This document shows positions 1 through 11,590 of a stretch of 64,000 nt of DNA, piece by piece. Source of the stretch: an uncultured virus (IMG/VR IMGVR_UViG_3300032038_000023) (lineage: Duplodnaviria > Heunggongvirae > Uroviricota > Caudoviricetes); IMG/VR virus record IMGVR_UViG_3300032038_000023. The stretch is one strand, 5' to 3'. Made by a program: the position numbers and the translations under genes. The notes beneath the pieces were generated by a model. That model saw only the letters and a program-made list of their open reading frames with translations. It was not told the origin of the DNA and searched no databases. Position 1 is the first letter of the stretch. Each line of letters begins with the position of its first letter.

Positions 1-79
1 ACCGCTGATAATCGTTCATTAGCTTCTAAAGAATATAAAGTCCCCGTTTTTGATGTAATAAATGACGAGGTACTTGAAG

Positions 80-349
80 ATGAAGCTTAAAGTTGATTTT
101 GAAGAAGTTGATGAAGAATTAAAAGTTCAATTTATTTAGACTGGATGTACGTTTAATGTTGACTTTGGTGAAGTCGTATTCGTTAGGACTGATGAAAGAT
201 ATGAAGGGGATTATGATGTTATACCAAGAGTTTATTAGTAGGTATTACCTACGAAGGATAAACTTATGGTTGATGATGTGACTATAGAGATAATCCCTTT
301 AGAGAAGACTTTGAATATAAGTAATGGTTATACTGCAACCATTGGATAA
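80..349 (+). CDS. Hypothetical virion/tail-region protein (code 15)
   Basis: ATG 80 overlaps the upstream gene end; open to TAA 349 when TAG is read as Gln. Confidence 0.7.
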
Positions 350-360
350 GGAGTAAAGAT

Positions 361-972
361 ATGGCTGAAGAATATATCTCAAAGGTAGTATTCGGCAATT
401 AGGTTTTAATTGATCTGACTGCTGATACAGTAGTGGCCAATAAGCTGCTGTCTGGTTATACTGCGCATGGTGCTGATGGTGCTCCAATTACTGGTAGTTG
501 CACGTTTGATGCGGATACGTCCGATGCGACGGCGAATGCATCTGAGATTTTAGCCACTAAAACCGCATATAAGAATGGGTCGAAACTTACTGGTACGATG
601 CCGAATATCGGCGCGCAGACTGGATCGATTACGACTAAAGCTGGTACAGTAAGTATCTCACAAGGTTATCACGATGGATCTGGCGCGATTGGAATTGATT
701 CAACCGAGCAAGCAAAGATTATTGGTGATAATATCCGTGAAGGCGTAACGATCTTGGGCGTGCTTGGTACAATGAGTGGAACTGAAGATGTTAAGGCCAC
801 TACACTTAGTGCAACGCCTTATACAACTTCGAAGACTTATTTACCGACTGACCTTGGAGATTATAATTATTTCTCGCAAGTTACAGTTGCGGCGATTGCA
901 TATACTGAGACCGAGAATCCAGGCGGCGCGGGTAAGTGTGCAACAATCGGTACTGTGGCTCCTGCTGCATAA
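361..972 (+). CDS. Tail-fibre-associated repeat protein (code 15)
   Basis: GGAG RBS, ATG 361, MAEEYISKVVFGN[TAG]VLIDLT; extends ORF 433..972; Thr/Gly/Ala-rich. Confidence 0.75.
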
Positions 973-1131
973 GGAGGCATAAATGGAAGAATATAAGTAG
1001 GCTTTAATTGAAAAGATTGAAGCATTGAAAGATTAGAAGACTCCGTTAGCTAAATCTCGTCTGATAGTTTTACTGAGATTATTAGGGGAACTTTAGAATT
1101 AGGAAGCCTAAGCCGCTGAAGGAGTGGTGAT

Positions 1132-1377
1132 ATGGCGATTAGTAAGGTAGTCTTTGGTGATTAGACTTTAATTGACTTAACAAGTGATACTATTGAGAGT
1201 TCAAAGATGGTCAGTGGACGGACTGCTCATAACGCGGCCGGGGAGTTGATCCAAGGGTCGCTCCCTTGGCGATTTATGGTGCAGAATACACTGGTGACGC
1301 TGGATAAGACTGAGTTGCATGGTGCAACCGCGGTTTTTGCTGAAGGAAGTTTCAATGGTAATACTGTGATACTTTAA
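1132..1377 (+). CDS. Short paralog of the 361..972 N-terminus (code 15)
   Basis: MAISKVVFGD[TAG]TLIDLTSDT; TAG at the same aligned position as in the paralog. Confidence 0.75.
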
Positions 1378-1388
1378 GGAGGGTTGGC

Positions 1389-1580
1389 ATGGCGACACCT
1401 GCAACAGCTGACTATTTGATGATTGACGGCGTAGCACATCCAATAAGGGATCCAAATGCCGTACCTCAAGAGAGATTAATAAATGGAAAAATGTTAAATC
1501 AAGATATATAGTTGACTCTATTTGATTTGGGAGTGACGATTACTACCAATGAAGAGATAGATGAGATTGTAGATTCTTAA
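1389..1580 (+). CDS. Hypothetical protein (code 15)
   Basis: GGAGG RBS, ATG 1389, one TAG, TAA 1580. Confidence 0.6.
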
Positions 1581-1592
1581 TGGAGGCATACA

Positions 1593-3212
1593 GTGAGTTT
1601 AGTTAATAATATTGGTCTGAAACATTTTTATGATCGGATCAAAGCGAAGTTTATACAAAGCGTAAACTCATAGACGCCTGATCAGAGTGGTAATGTTAAT
1701 ATTACGACTGTTGCAACTGCGGAAAACTTAGTTAGTCCGGATGCGTAGACCAGTTATGATACGTATATTTATAGAACGTCTAGTGGATCTGCGAGTTTAA
1801 GTAGCGGCGAAGCTGAGTTGATGTATATTGATGGTAATATTGAAGTTGTTGGAAGAGTTATTGAGAACTTTTAGATTATCGCAACGAATAATATTAATGT
1901 TCTTTACAATGCTGATACTTGGCGTAGTTAGATAAGCACTGACGGAAGTTATGTGTTTAGTTATTTGAGACCAACTTCTAGCGCGGCCGCCGCATCTTGG
2001 ACTGCGTCTGGAACTTGGAGCTATAGTGGATCGACTGTACAGTTAAGTACTTATGGTCTGACTGTGACTAATATAGTTGATCCGAGTATTAATGTGAATA
2101 TTAGTGGTGCTGGTATTGAGAGCGCTACTGTTGTGCCGTCTACGTTTGGCTCTCAGCTTCCTTTAGATGGAACGTATATGTTTACATTCAGTAATGAAGC
2201 TACGAGTTGGCAGTATAATGGGCAGAATGTGACGCTTAGTACGTATGGACTGGCTACCACTGGAACACCGCAAGATGGCGATACGATTTATGTAAACTAT
2301 ATTGCGGGTACTGCGAATAGTACGATTACTGTGAATTATACCGCGCCGCAGTAGGGCACAATTTACGTGGCTACTCCGGATAAGTTTAGTGCGACTGGAT
2401 TTAACCAGTTTGATAAAGATACGATGTATCTGTAGAACGCATCGGTTAGCGGCGGAAAGATCGTGCAGAATAGTGGCACGAATGTGTGCTATTGTAGAGC
2501 AAAAGGCGGAGTAACGAATGGTTATGTAGCGTATAGTTCTGGTGGCTATATTGTTGATATTGGTTGGTGCGCGGACGTGCCTGCGCTCGGTAGCGACGTT
2601 GTGAGCACTGGAGCAAGTGTAACAAATGAGCTTGCGTCGATTCCTTTTGATGATGATGGGTATGTGATTGTTGTTGCAAATTCGATGACGGATCTGTGCA
2701 TCCACCCGAAGTGGAGTGGTGCGGCAGATAATGATTATGCTGCATATGTAGAACCAAGTTAGATTACAATTCCCACTACAGATGTTGAAGGTAATAATTT
2801 ACCAACAGCAATCTATGGCATGCCACGTGTTCAAGGATTTTCAGATAGGTTAAATCTTGAATCTGGGACTTATATCCAAAAGATTGGTAGAATGGAGAAT
2901 ACATCTACTGCAATGTCTTATGTTGTTGGATTAAATGTTCTATATGATTATGATGCGAATTATATCTATTATGTTTTACCTGAATAGATTGTTTATACTG
3001 TATTAGTAGATCCAATGTATGTGGTAAATGATTATGGTACTGAAGAATTTATAGGTACAACTGTTGCAGTTGGTGCTTAGACACTTTACGGTTAGAATTT
3101 AAGAGACAAACTGAGAACTGATGTGTTAACAATTAGCGCTCAAATATTAAATAATAATCAAAAGCTTCAAGTATTATTGAATCAAGGTTGGACCGAAGCA
3201 AATTCTTGGTAA
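1593..3212 (+). CDS. Tail fibre/baseplate-like protein, 539 aa (code 15)
   Basis: GGAGG RBS and GTG start; ORFs 1953..2354 and 2463..2762 join in one frame through TAGs; internal repeat (SYSGSTVQLSTYGL / QYNGQNVTLSTYGL). Confidence 0.75.
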
Positions 3213-3253
3213 AATTTTAATAGGAGAAAAGATTATATCTTTAAAATAAATAT

Positions 3254-4012
3254 ATGGGTAAATCATATAATCCCCCAGTGATAATAGATTTTGATGCAAT
3301 TCATGTTGCTAGAAATGCTGGGGCACATAACTCTTTTTATAGAGGCAAAAATTTAGGTACATCAGTAAGTGCTGCGCAACAAGCAGAAATTACTAATGGT
3401 ACTTTTGAAGATTTATTTATAGGTGATTATTGGTAGATAAATAGTCATACATGGCGTATTGCTGCGTTTGATTATTTTTGGAATAATGGTGATGATGGTG
3501 GAAGTATTCCACATTGTACAACTCATCATATTGTACTTGTTCCAGATCAAAGTTTGGGTAATGCTTAGCATCAAACTACTAATGTAACCACTGGTGGTTA
3601 TGTTAATTCGCTTATATTTAAAAATGGTTTTGCTGCATTAACTAGTACTTATAATGCAGTATTTAACACTGACTTTGGATAGAACCATCATTTAGCACGG
3701 CGAGAATTATTAACTAATGCTGACGCTGGTAATGGATGGGCTTGGACTAGTGTAGTTGGTGGAAACTTAATGAACGAAAATATGGTATATGGTGGGCAAG
3801 TTTGGGGAGTAAAAGGCTATGATGTTGGAGATAGAAAGACAATTTTGCCTTTATTTGCTTTAGCACCGAACTTAATTTGTTCTTGTTTCGACTGGTGGTT
3901 GAGTTCTATTTACTCTTCTACGACCTTTTGTTTTGTCAGCGTCTACGGGGGTGCCGGTTCCAACGACGCTTCGGCCTCTAGTGCGGTCCGCCCCTATTTC
4001 GTTTATAAATAA
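3254..4012 (+). CDS. DGR target protein, probable receptor-binding (DUF6273/C-type-lectin-like), 252 aa (code 15)
   Basis: ORFs 3254..3436 and 3770..4012 join via 3 TAGs; IGDYW and WWL...VRP motifs; C-terminus carries the VR. Confidence 0.85.
3885..3993 (+). repeat. DGR variable repeat (VR)
   Basis: 109-nt ungapped match to 4577..4685 with 20 mismatches, all at TR adenines. Confidence 0.95.
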
Positions 4013-4032
4013 CGTAGGAAGGTGTACGTTTT

Positions 4033-4539
4033 ATGTCTGTACCGCTTACTAAAAGAAAAACAAGCGAGACAGAATACTATCATACGGCACTCAAAATACG
4101 TAAAGAATTTACTTTGCTACTCTTTCGTGATTTTGGAATAAAACCAACTAAAAAAGAAATTAAGTTTCAAATAAACTATACTAATAAATTTTAGTTGGTT
4201 TTATTTCGTTTATATATTAAATTCTTTTATTTACTTTTCAATAAAAATATTATCCTACCTAAGATCAATATAAAATATCCAATATGGTTTATCAATCAAG
4301 AACAATGTTTAATTAATCAAAAAACGTCTGCATTAATGGATGTAGTAGAATTAATTTATCGACATCGTTCAAATCATCAGATTATAAAATAGAATCAAAT
4401 AATTGCTATAGATATTTGTTATTCAATATTAAGTGAATTATAGTTAATTTTGACTGTTTGCAAACTTAATATTGAAAAATATAAGCAATATATTGATTTA
4501 ATATATAAAGAAATAAATTTATTAGAAGGTTTGTTTTAA
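4033..4539 (+). CDS. avd: DGR accessory protein, Avd-like (code 15)
   Basis: Lies between VR and TR; MSVPLTKRK...LLFRDFG; basic and helical; 3 in-frame TAG. Confidence 0.7.
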
Positions 4540-4576
4540 TTTCTCAAACGGTGTATCTTGTACTTACCAAAAAAAC

Positions 4577-4685
4577 GTTTCAACTGGTGGTTGAGTTCTA
4601 TTAACTCTTCTACGAACTTTTGTAATGTCAACAACAACGGGAATGCCAATAACAACAACGCTTCGAACTCTAATGCGGTCCGACC
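4577..4685 (+). ncRNA. DGR template repeat (TR)
   Basis: AAC/AAT-rich copy of the VR (14 AAY triplets) between avd and RT. Confidence 0.95.
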
Positions 4686-4801
4686 TATACGTTTACCAGA
4701 ACTCAGATCATTATTTAAAAACTGTAAACGAGATAGGGGAAGATACATCGGTCGTTTTTAAAACGTAAATTAAAATCTTCATATCATTAGTTACGACTAG
4801 T

Positions 4802-6010
4802 ATGATTAGTTAGAAGGTTAATGTAACCATTAATGATCTGAGTGATGGTAACGTATTGGTTGATGCTTTTAATAAATCAAAAATTGATAGTGATTGGAAG
4901 CAATCTGTATAGAAATTTGAAGCAAATCTTCTAATAAATATTTTAAATATACAGAAAGATCTTAGGAATGGTACTTATAAACAAAAACCATTTTACGAAT
5001 TTATACTTAATGAACGTGGAAAAACACGTTATATTAAATCACTTCATATTAGAGATCGAGTAGTACAAAGAGCGTTGTGTGACTGTGTTCTTACTCCATT
5101 AATACAAAATAAATTAATATATGATAATGGAGCAAGTGTTGTCAAAAAAGGCATTACTTTTTCTCGAAATCGTTTATAGACTCATTTAGAAAAGTTTATT
5201 CGAAAATATGGGACAGATGGTTATATATTATTAATTGATTTTTCTAAATTTTTTGATAATATACCACATGATCTTTTTCTTAAGTAGCTAAAACCGTTAA
5301 TTATAGACGAGCAAGTATATAAATTAATTGTAGATTTAGTCAATTCTTTTAAAATAGATGTTTCTTATTTAACAGAAGAAGAATATAATGATATATTAGA
5401 TTAGCCATTTAATATGTTAGAGCACAACGAAACACATCTTGGTGAAAAATATCTATACCGTTCAATGGGTATCGGCTCACAAATTTCTTAGTTAGCCGGT
5501 ATTTATTATTTAACGCCAATTGATAATTATTGTAAAATTAAAAAATAGTGTAAATATTATGGACGATATATGGATGATATATATATTATTTCTAATTCAA
5601 AAGAATTTTTATAGAATTTATTAATTGAAATAATTAATATATCTAAATAGTTAAAAATTTTTATTAATGTAAATAAAACATAGATAATTAAATTATCACA
5701 TGGTTTTACATATTTACAAATTAAATATAAAATCACAAAGACTGGGAAAATTATTAAAACATTATCCCCAAAAGCTATTACTAGATAGCGTAGACGAATT
5801 AAAAAATATAAAAATATGTTATTAAATAATAAATTATAGTATACTTTAATAGAAAATGCTTATAAATCTTGGCGTGGTAATGTAATTCATTATAAATGTT
5901 ATAATTCATTAACAAAAATAGATAATTTATATGTTAATTTATTTTCAGAATATATGTCTAAAGATTTAAAATAGACGATTAATAAATATTAGCATAGAAA
6001 AAATTTGTAA
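4802..6010 (+). CDS. DGR reverse transcriptase, 402 aa (code 15)
   Basis: RDRVVQ, DFSKFFDNI, GIGSQIS[TAG] (TAG 5489-5491), YMDD at 5567-5578; about 14 in-frame TAG; absent from the ORF track. Confidence 0.93.
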
Positions 6011-6286
6011 TTAATAGAATTTCATATTTGCGCGGCCGAGTCATATATCATGACATATAGACTCGCCGCTGAATAAATTTTAATAAATGTAATGTGGTGG
6101 ATTAGTTGTTTTAATCGCACCACGTTTTATAATTATATTGGTAGATCAATAATTTTTATAAGATACAAAATTATATAATTTTTATTCAATAATTCTACTT
6201 ATAAATGTAAGATAATGATAACGATTATCTTACCAAAATCAGATCTGATCTACAATTAAATAATTTTATGCTAAAGGAGACTTAAA

Positions 6287-6415
6287 ATGGCATATGATTT
6301 AAACATATTATAGTCTTAGCTACAAGACTTGACGCGTCAATATCAACAGTTAGCTAATGGACAATAGATTCAACCTTTTCAAACTCAGTAGCCTTAGATG
6401 TATTTAGAAAAATAA
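6287..6415 (+). CDS. Gln-rich 42-aa ORF (code 15)
   Basis: AAGGAG RBS; 13 Gln codons, 5 of them TAG. Confidence 0.5.
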
Positions 6416-6506
6416 AAAATTTTGATTTTTCTTAAATTTTATGCTATACTATCCTTATAGTAGGAAAGGAACTACTAAATTTCACTTACAAAAAGGAGTG
6501 TACAGC

Positions 6507-6800
6507 ATGAAATTCTATAGCGAATATACAAAGCGTCTCTACGATTCTCCTGAAGACTGCGAGAAGGCTGAATCCGTCATTAAAGACGCCGAACTTAAAA
6601 AGGAAAAAGAAAAAGCCCAGCGTGCCGCAGAACGCAAATCCAAAGCAGACGAAGTCTCGAAAGCATATGAATCCTACGTATCTGCGCGGCGGGCCTATGA
6701 AAAAGTACTTACGGAGTTCTGTGAGAAGTATGGAGCATATCACACTTCCATCGACTCTTCAACTCTAAAGGATCTTATGAAATACTTTGACCTTAATTAA
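6507..6800 (+). CDS. Hypothetical coiled-coil protein
   Basis: AAGGAG RBS, ATG 6507 within ORF 6441..6800. Confidence 0.7.
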   Translation: MKFYSEYTKRLYDSPEDCEKAESVIKDAELKKEKEKAQRAAERKSKADEVSKAYESYVSARRAYEKVLTEFCEKYGAYHTSIDSSTLKDLMKYFDLN

Positions 6801-6804
6801 AACG

Positions 6805-6842
6805 AAAACCCGAAAGATCTAATCTTTCGGGTCTTTTTATTT
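6805..6842. terminator. Bidirectional intrinsic terminator
   Basis: ACCCGAAAGAT/ATCTTTCGGGT stem between convergent genes, with flanking A and T tracts. Confidence 0.75.
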
Positions 6843-6843
6843 A

Positions 6844-7182
6844 TTACACAATCTCAGTGTAACTAAGCATGATCCAATTTCCATCTTCGAGGCGACCCCA
6901 ACCGTTGACCGTCTCAAAAATCTCGTACACACCCTAATCACTTATAATTCCAGCAACATATGCACTGAGATTAGGTTTTTCGCGTTTACGAAGCGAAGGA
7001 TGAGTTACATGCACTTTATAGGTCTTTTGTACTTCCGCGGCAGGTTCATCAAACTTAACTTCTTCGATGACGTCTTCCTATGGCACGACCGCGCTAATAA
7101 GTTCTTCGACTGGAGCAACTACTTCTTCAGTCTTTACGACTTCTTCGGCTTTATTTTGAGCCGGTGTACGTTTTCTACCCAA
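6844..7182 (-). CDS. SH3b-domain protein with acidic N-terminus (code 15)
   Basis: TTG start after GAGGTG; C-terminus D[TAG]GVYEIFETVNGWGRLEDGNWIML resembles SH3b. Confidence 0.7.
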
Positions 7183-7293
7183 TATTATCACCTCACATAG
7201 ATATGTAGTGGAAACTAATAAATACTCTAAAAAGTTGACTAAAATAAAGTTTTATGGTATACTATAGATATAATAGGATTAGGAGAAACTAAT

Positions 7294-7674
7294 ATGGATA
7301 TTGAAAAATTACAATTATATGATAATATGAATAGCTTGGCTGTTCGTTGGCTGAAACACAACGCTGACTTACATCAAAAGCCGCTTGGAATTAAAAACTT
7401 TGGACGCCATAATTACTACCATATGTGGCTACTTCGTATGCTTCAAAACTATAACGTATTCACTGGATATAAATCTAACTACTATATTGATGGTTCCTTT
7501 ATTGATTATCTCTATCTGCGCTTTATTAAAGGTTTTAAGCATCTCCGCTATAAAACTGCACGTACTGACGCACTCATGATTGAAGTCTCAGTCTTCTGCG
7601 ATGAGCTGGCCGCCGCGTTCCAACAGCCAACCAGTATTATCGAAGACATTTATAAAGAGTATTATAATAAATGA
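7294..7674 (+). CDS. Hypothetical protein
   Basis: TTGACT...TATACT promoter and AGGAG RBS. Confidence 0.65.
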   Translation: MDIEKLQLYDNMNSLAVRWLKHNADLHQKPLGIKNFGRHNYYHMWLLRMLQNYNVFTGYKSNYYIDGSFIDYLYLRFIKGFKHLRYKTARTDALMIEVSVFCDELAAAFQQPTSIIEDIYKEYYNK

Positions 7675-8672
7675 GTACAGTAGAGATAGGAATTCCAGTC
7701 TATAAAGCCAGAGATACTCTTCCCGCTTTATTTGACTCTTTAATCTCCCAAACAGACCACAATTTCACAATTACGATGTGCGCTGATGGGGAGAAAGACA
7801 TATACACAGACATTTATAATACCTATACAGCGCGCGGGTTAAAGATTAAATACCTTTCTCTAACTGAGAATCGCGGCCCTGGCATGGCGCGACAGTGTAT
7901 ACTTGATAACACAACCGCTGACTACATAATCTTCTGTGACGCAGACGACATCGCAATGCCGCGCATGGTCGAAGTTCTTCATCGTGAGATCGAACGTGGA
8001 GACTATGACCTTTTTGCTGGCTCCTTTATTAAAGAAGGGCCAGATGGACAAGATATACTCATGTCAACTACTGACAACGTAGTTACGTGGTTTCATGCAA
8101 AAATCTATCGCGTCCAATATCTCCGTGACGCAAAAATTTTCTTCCTTCCAGAACTCCGGATTGATGAAGATTCTTATTTTAATTTGCTTGCATGGAATAT
8201 GACAAGTAATAAAGGGATAACTGGGGAAGTATTATATCTTTGGCGTGACAACAAGAACTCACTAACTCGCCGCGTAACACTTGATAAATACACTGCCGCA
8301 AATGTAGGTTGGTACATCTACGGCCAAATTATAGGCTTAATACGCCTTATTGATGAAGCAGATATAGAAGATAGTAGCATTACAAAAATAATGCTTCAAA
8401 TCTACTACCAATATATGAACGCGTGCGGGTGTGGTGCAGATATGACACAAGTTGATTCTTTATTTGAAGCACTTCGAACGCATCCGCGCATTAAAGATTG
8501 GGTAATGAAAGGCACTACTTGGGTGGATATTGTCCAGCAAGTCAAAGGCGGTGCAATTATATATGATAAGATTATCTTCTATAAAGATACATTTGATTTA
8601 TGGGCGAAAAGACTTTTAAAGGAGAAGGAAAAGAATGAAAACATCATCTGGACTCAGAGTAGTAATAGTTAA
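7671..8672 (+). CDS. Glycosyltransferase family 2
   Basis: IGIPVY, NRGPGMAR, FCDADD, EDSYFN motifs. Confidence 0.85.
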   Translation: MSTVEIGIPVYKARDTLPALFDSLISQTDHNFTITMCADGEKDIYTDIYNTYTARGLKIKYLSLTENRGPGMARQCILDNTTADYIIFCDADDIAMPRMVEVLHREIERGDYDLFAGSFIKEGPDGQDILMSTTDNVVTWFHAKIYRVQYLRDAKIFFLPELRIDEDSYFNLLAWNMTSNKGITGEVLYLWRDNKNSLTRRVTLDKYTAANVGWYIYGQIIGLIRLIDEADIEDSSITKIMLQIYYQYMNACGCGADMTQVDSLFEALRTHPRIKDWVMKGTTWVDIVQQVKGGAIIYDKIIFYKDTFDLWAKRLLKEKEKNENIIWTQSSNS

Positions 8673-9201
8673 TGGGAAGCCTGGATGCGGGAAGACAACG
8701 TTTGAGAGTTGCTGTGAAGAGATTTTAGGCCCGGCCTATTGTGAACGGCGTTCAACAGTTGATAAAGTAAAAGAGATCGCATGTGAAGCTGGTTGGGACG
8801 GACGAAAAACACCAGAAGCCCGCAAGCTCTTAAGTGATCTTAAAGATCTTTTTACTAAATATAATGATATGCCAAAGAATGATATTGTGGCATATCTTAA
8901 AGGATGGGAAGAAGACCTTAAGTATTTTGGTGTAGGTAATTTACCACACGTATTATTCGTTGATGATCGTGAGCCAGAGCATATAGATAGATTAAAGAAA
9001 GAATTAAATGCTATTACTTTACTTATACGGCGGCCGGGTGATGAATTAGTTGAAACTTCTAATCATGCGGACGAGAATGTGTTTGAGTATGAGTATGATT
9101 ATGTGATTGATAATAATGAAGATATTGAGAATCTTAAGCACCACGCCGAGATATTTTTAAATTCGATTTTTAGTAAAAATAGTGATATAATAGATATATA
9201 A
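8635..9201 (+). CDS. P-loop nucleotide kinase-like protein
   Basis: GKPGCGKT Walker A; FVDDRE. Confidence 0.7.
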   Translation: MKTSSGLRVVIVNGKPGCGKTTFESCCEEILGPAYCERRSTVDKVKEIACEAGWDGRKTPEARKLLSDLKDLFTKYNDMPKNDIVAYLKGWEEDLKYFGVGNLPHVLFVDDREPEHIDRLKKELNAITLLIRRPGDELVETSNHADENVFEYEYDYVIDNNEDIENLKHHAEIFLNSIFSKNSDIIDI

Positions 9202-9355
9202 TGAAAGAAATAGTATTAGGAATAATAATTGGAATCGTTGCTTTTATACTTATTTCACCTTATTTTTCTTTATGGAATTTAAAGGATTTAAATAAGTTAG
9301 ATGATATTAAAACGGAATTAGAAGGAATTAAAAAAGAATTAAGGAAGTTGAACGA

Positions 9356-10477
9356 ATGGAAGGATATGTAAACGGAATAGATTGGATTAATGCGGAGGCA
9401 ATGAAGTATTGGAGTTTTCCTTCATCTACTCCAATTGATAAGCGGCGCGCGGAAACACATAACATGGTATTCTCCGGAGACTTCATAGGTGCCATTAAGG
9501 TAGACGGATATTATGAACGTCTGATTAAAGATGAAGATGGAAACTGCTTTATGGTCGCCCGTTCTAAAAATGTTAAAGGTGAAGCGACTGAAAAGCTTGC
9601 ATGGGTTCCTCAAATTCATGACTTTATGGAGAGTCTTCCAAATGGAACTGTTCTTCTTTCTGAGTGTTGGCTCCCCGGAAATGAGGGTTCCAAGAAAATA
9701 ACTTCTCTCCTGGGTTGCCTCAAAGATAAATGTATCGCGCGGCAGGCCGCAGATCAGAAACTTCACTTCTATATTTTTGATGTGATGTGCTGGAAAGGTA
9801 AAGATCTCACTAAGACCCCATTCGAAGAGCGTGTTAAATATCTCGAACGTAATGTTTCTCTTTATGCAAATGACTACGTCGAATGGGCAATCTACTACGA
9901 AGGAGAAGAACTCTGGCGGCATCTCCAGTCTGCGCTGGCGGACGGCCGCGAAGGTATGGTCATCATGCGTAAAGATGCGCCTGTCTATTTTAAACGGACG
10001 CCCGCGCATGTAAGTCTTAAAATAAAGAAGGAACTTCAAGAGACACTCGATTGTTATTTGACTGGCCGCGCAACTGCACCAACTAAAGCCTATACTGGAA
10101 AGAATCCAGAGAGTTGGACTTACTGGGTTAATGTAGTTACAAATGAAAGACTTCCAGAAGGTGAGTATTATTACGATCTTAACTTTAATAGTAAGCCTAT
10201 TATCCCTGTAACCAAACCATATTACTACGGTTGGGCTGGATCACTTGAAATCGCTGTGCTTGATGGTGATAAAGAAGTCTCTCTTGGATATGTCAGCGGC
10301 CTTCCCGATGAAGTCAAAATGAATTATAAAGACTATATCCATTCTGTAGTTGAAATCGGTGGTATGGAGTTTGATCCGGAGACGAATCGACTGCGACATG
10401 GTAAAGTTCTTCGCTTTAGAACTCCAGAAGAAAAAACATGGCGCGAATGTACATACGATCAAATTAAGAACATGTAA
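9356..10477 (+). CDS. ATP-dependent DNA ligase
   Basis: KVDG, YIFD, EGMV, KIK motifs; OB-like C-terminus. Confidence 0.85.
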   Translation: MEGYVNGIDWINAEAMKYWSFPSSTPIDKRRAETHNMVFSGDFIGAIKVDGYYERLIKDEDGNCFMVARSKNVKGEATEKLAWVPQIHDFMESLPNGTVLLSECWLPGNEGSKKITSLLGCLKDKCIARQAADQKLHFYIFDVMCWKGKDLTKTPFEERVKYLERNVSLYANDYVEWAIYYEGEELWRHLQSALADGREGMVIMRKDAPVYFKRTPAHVSLKIKKELQETLDCYLTGRATAPTKAYTGKNPESWTYWVNVVTNERLPEGEYYYDLNFNSKPIIPVTKPYYYGWAGSLEIAVLDGDKEVSLGYVSGLPDEVKMNYKDYIHSVVEIGGMEFDPETNRLRHGKVLRFRTPEEKTWRECTYDQIKNM

Positions 10478-10535
10478 GAGAAGATTAATTTCTTCTCTTT
10501 TTTGTACCCTACGTTCAAAATCTCTACATATATTT

Positions 10536-10931
10536 ATGAGTAAGATAGAAGAAAAATTTGCTCGTTTATTCACGTCTGCCGACATTGCATATGTAAGAGA
10601 AAAAACTTTTCCCGATTTAAAAAATGGGATGTTACGTTATGACTTTTATCTTCCGAAAGCGAACGTACTCGTTGAAATAGATTCTATGCTTCATTTTAAA
10701 ATGGTTCCCAAGTACCATAAAGATGAGCACGAATTTAAACACGCTCAGCAAAATGATCGACTAAAGAATAGTTATGCACTCTCACATAAAATCCAATTAT
10801 ATCGTATACCAGAATGGGATTTCACAAATATCCACAGGGCGGCCGATGTGTTTAAACCGCAATATCTTGTGCTTGATAAATGGCACAATGACAGAGTATA
10901 CCGAGAGTATCTTAAAGGACAAGAGTCCTAA
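10536..10931 (+). CDS. DUF559/Vsr-like endonuclease
   Basis: LRYDFYLP...VEID...H...ND..K. Confidence 0.65.
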   Translation: MSKIEEKFARLFTSADIAYVREKTFPDLKNGMLRYDFYLPKANVLVEIDSMLHFKMVPKYHKDEHEFKHAQQNDRLKNSYALSHKIQLYRIPEWDFTNIHRAADVFKPQYLVLDKWHNDRVYREYLKGQES

Positions 10932-10952
10932 TTTTATGTGGAGGCCGTGACA

Positions 10953-11525
10953 ATGTTTTCTGGAATAAATTTATAGGAGGTCTGCAATTTAATTATACTG
11001 ATTAGTGCAGTAATAATTGCGGGAAAAAACATTTACGGGTTTTTAAAGAAACCTGTTGGTGACCTCCATAACTACGCTCTTACAAATGAAGAGAAGCGTA
11101 TTAAACGAGTAATTGAAAACTCGATGCCGGAGTTACTTAGTAAGCATAGTGAGTCAGTTAAATCAGAACGTAAAACAGAAATAAAGCAAATGGTTACTGA
11201 GATTAATTCTTAGATTACTGAACCTATAGATGATAAGATTGAAGAATTAAAGGAAATAACCTTAGATCAAGGTGTGGATATAAAACGCATTCAAGATAAA
11301 GTAAATCTTATAAACGACGCGCAAATGGACGTTATGCGATTTAATATGAATTAGATCTATTATAGGTATCGTCCATATAAAAAGATTTTAGATTGTGATA
11401 AGAAAGCCTTTATGAAGTTCTATAATGATTATCATTCTATGGGTGGTAATACTTGGATTGATTCATTATATAATGAACTTAAAGAATGGGATATAGTTGA
11501 AGATGAGTCGGAACTTATTCCGTAA
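10953..11525 (+). CDS. Membrane-anchored coiled-coil protein, holin/antiholin-like (code 15)
   Basis: N-terminal TM segment; C-terminal YxxYxxxGGN; 3 TAG. Confidence 0.6.
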
Positions 11526-11590
11526 TAAAGGAAAACTTGATTTTTAATTAAATATATGTTATAATAGATACATAAACTGGAGGTAGTTTT

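Larger units (their letters stand above)
3254..6010 (+). mobile_element. Diversity-generating retroelement (target-avd-TR-RT)
   Basis: All canonical parts present in canonical order. Confidence 0.93.

Noticed and set aside
4558..4761. Asn-rich 67-aa ORF
   Set aside because: It is the DGR template repeat read in frame; there is no evidence of a protein.
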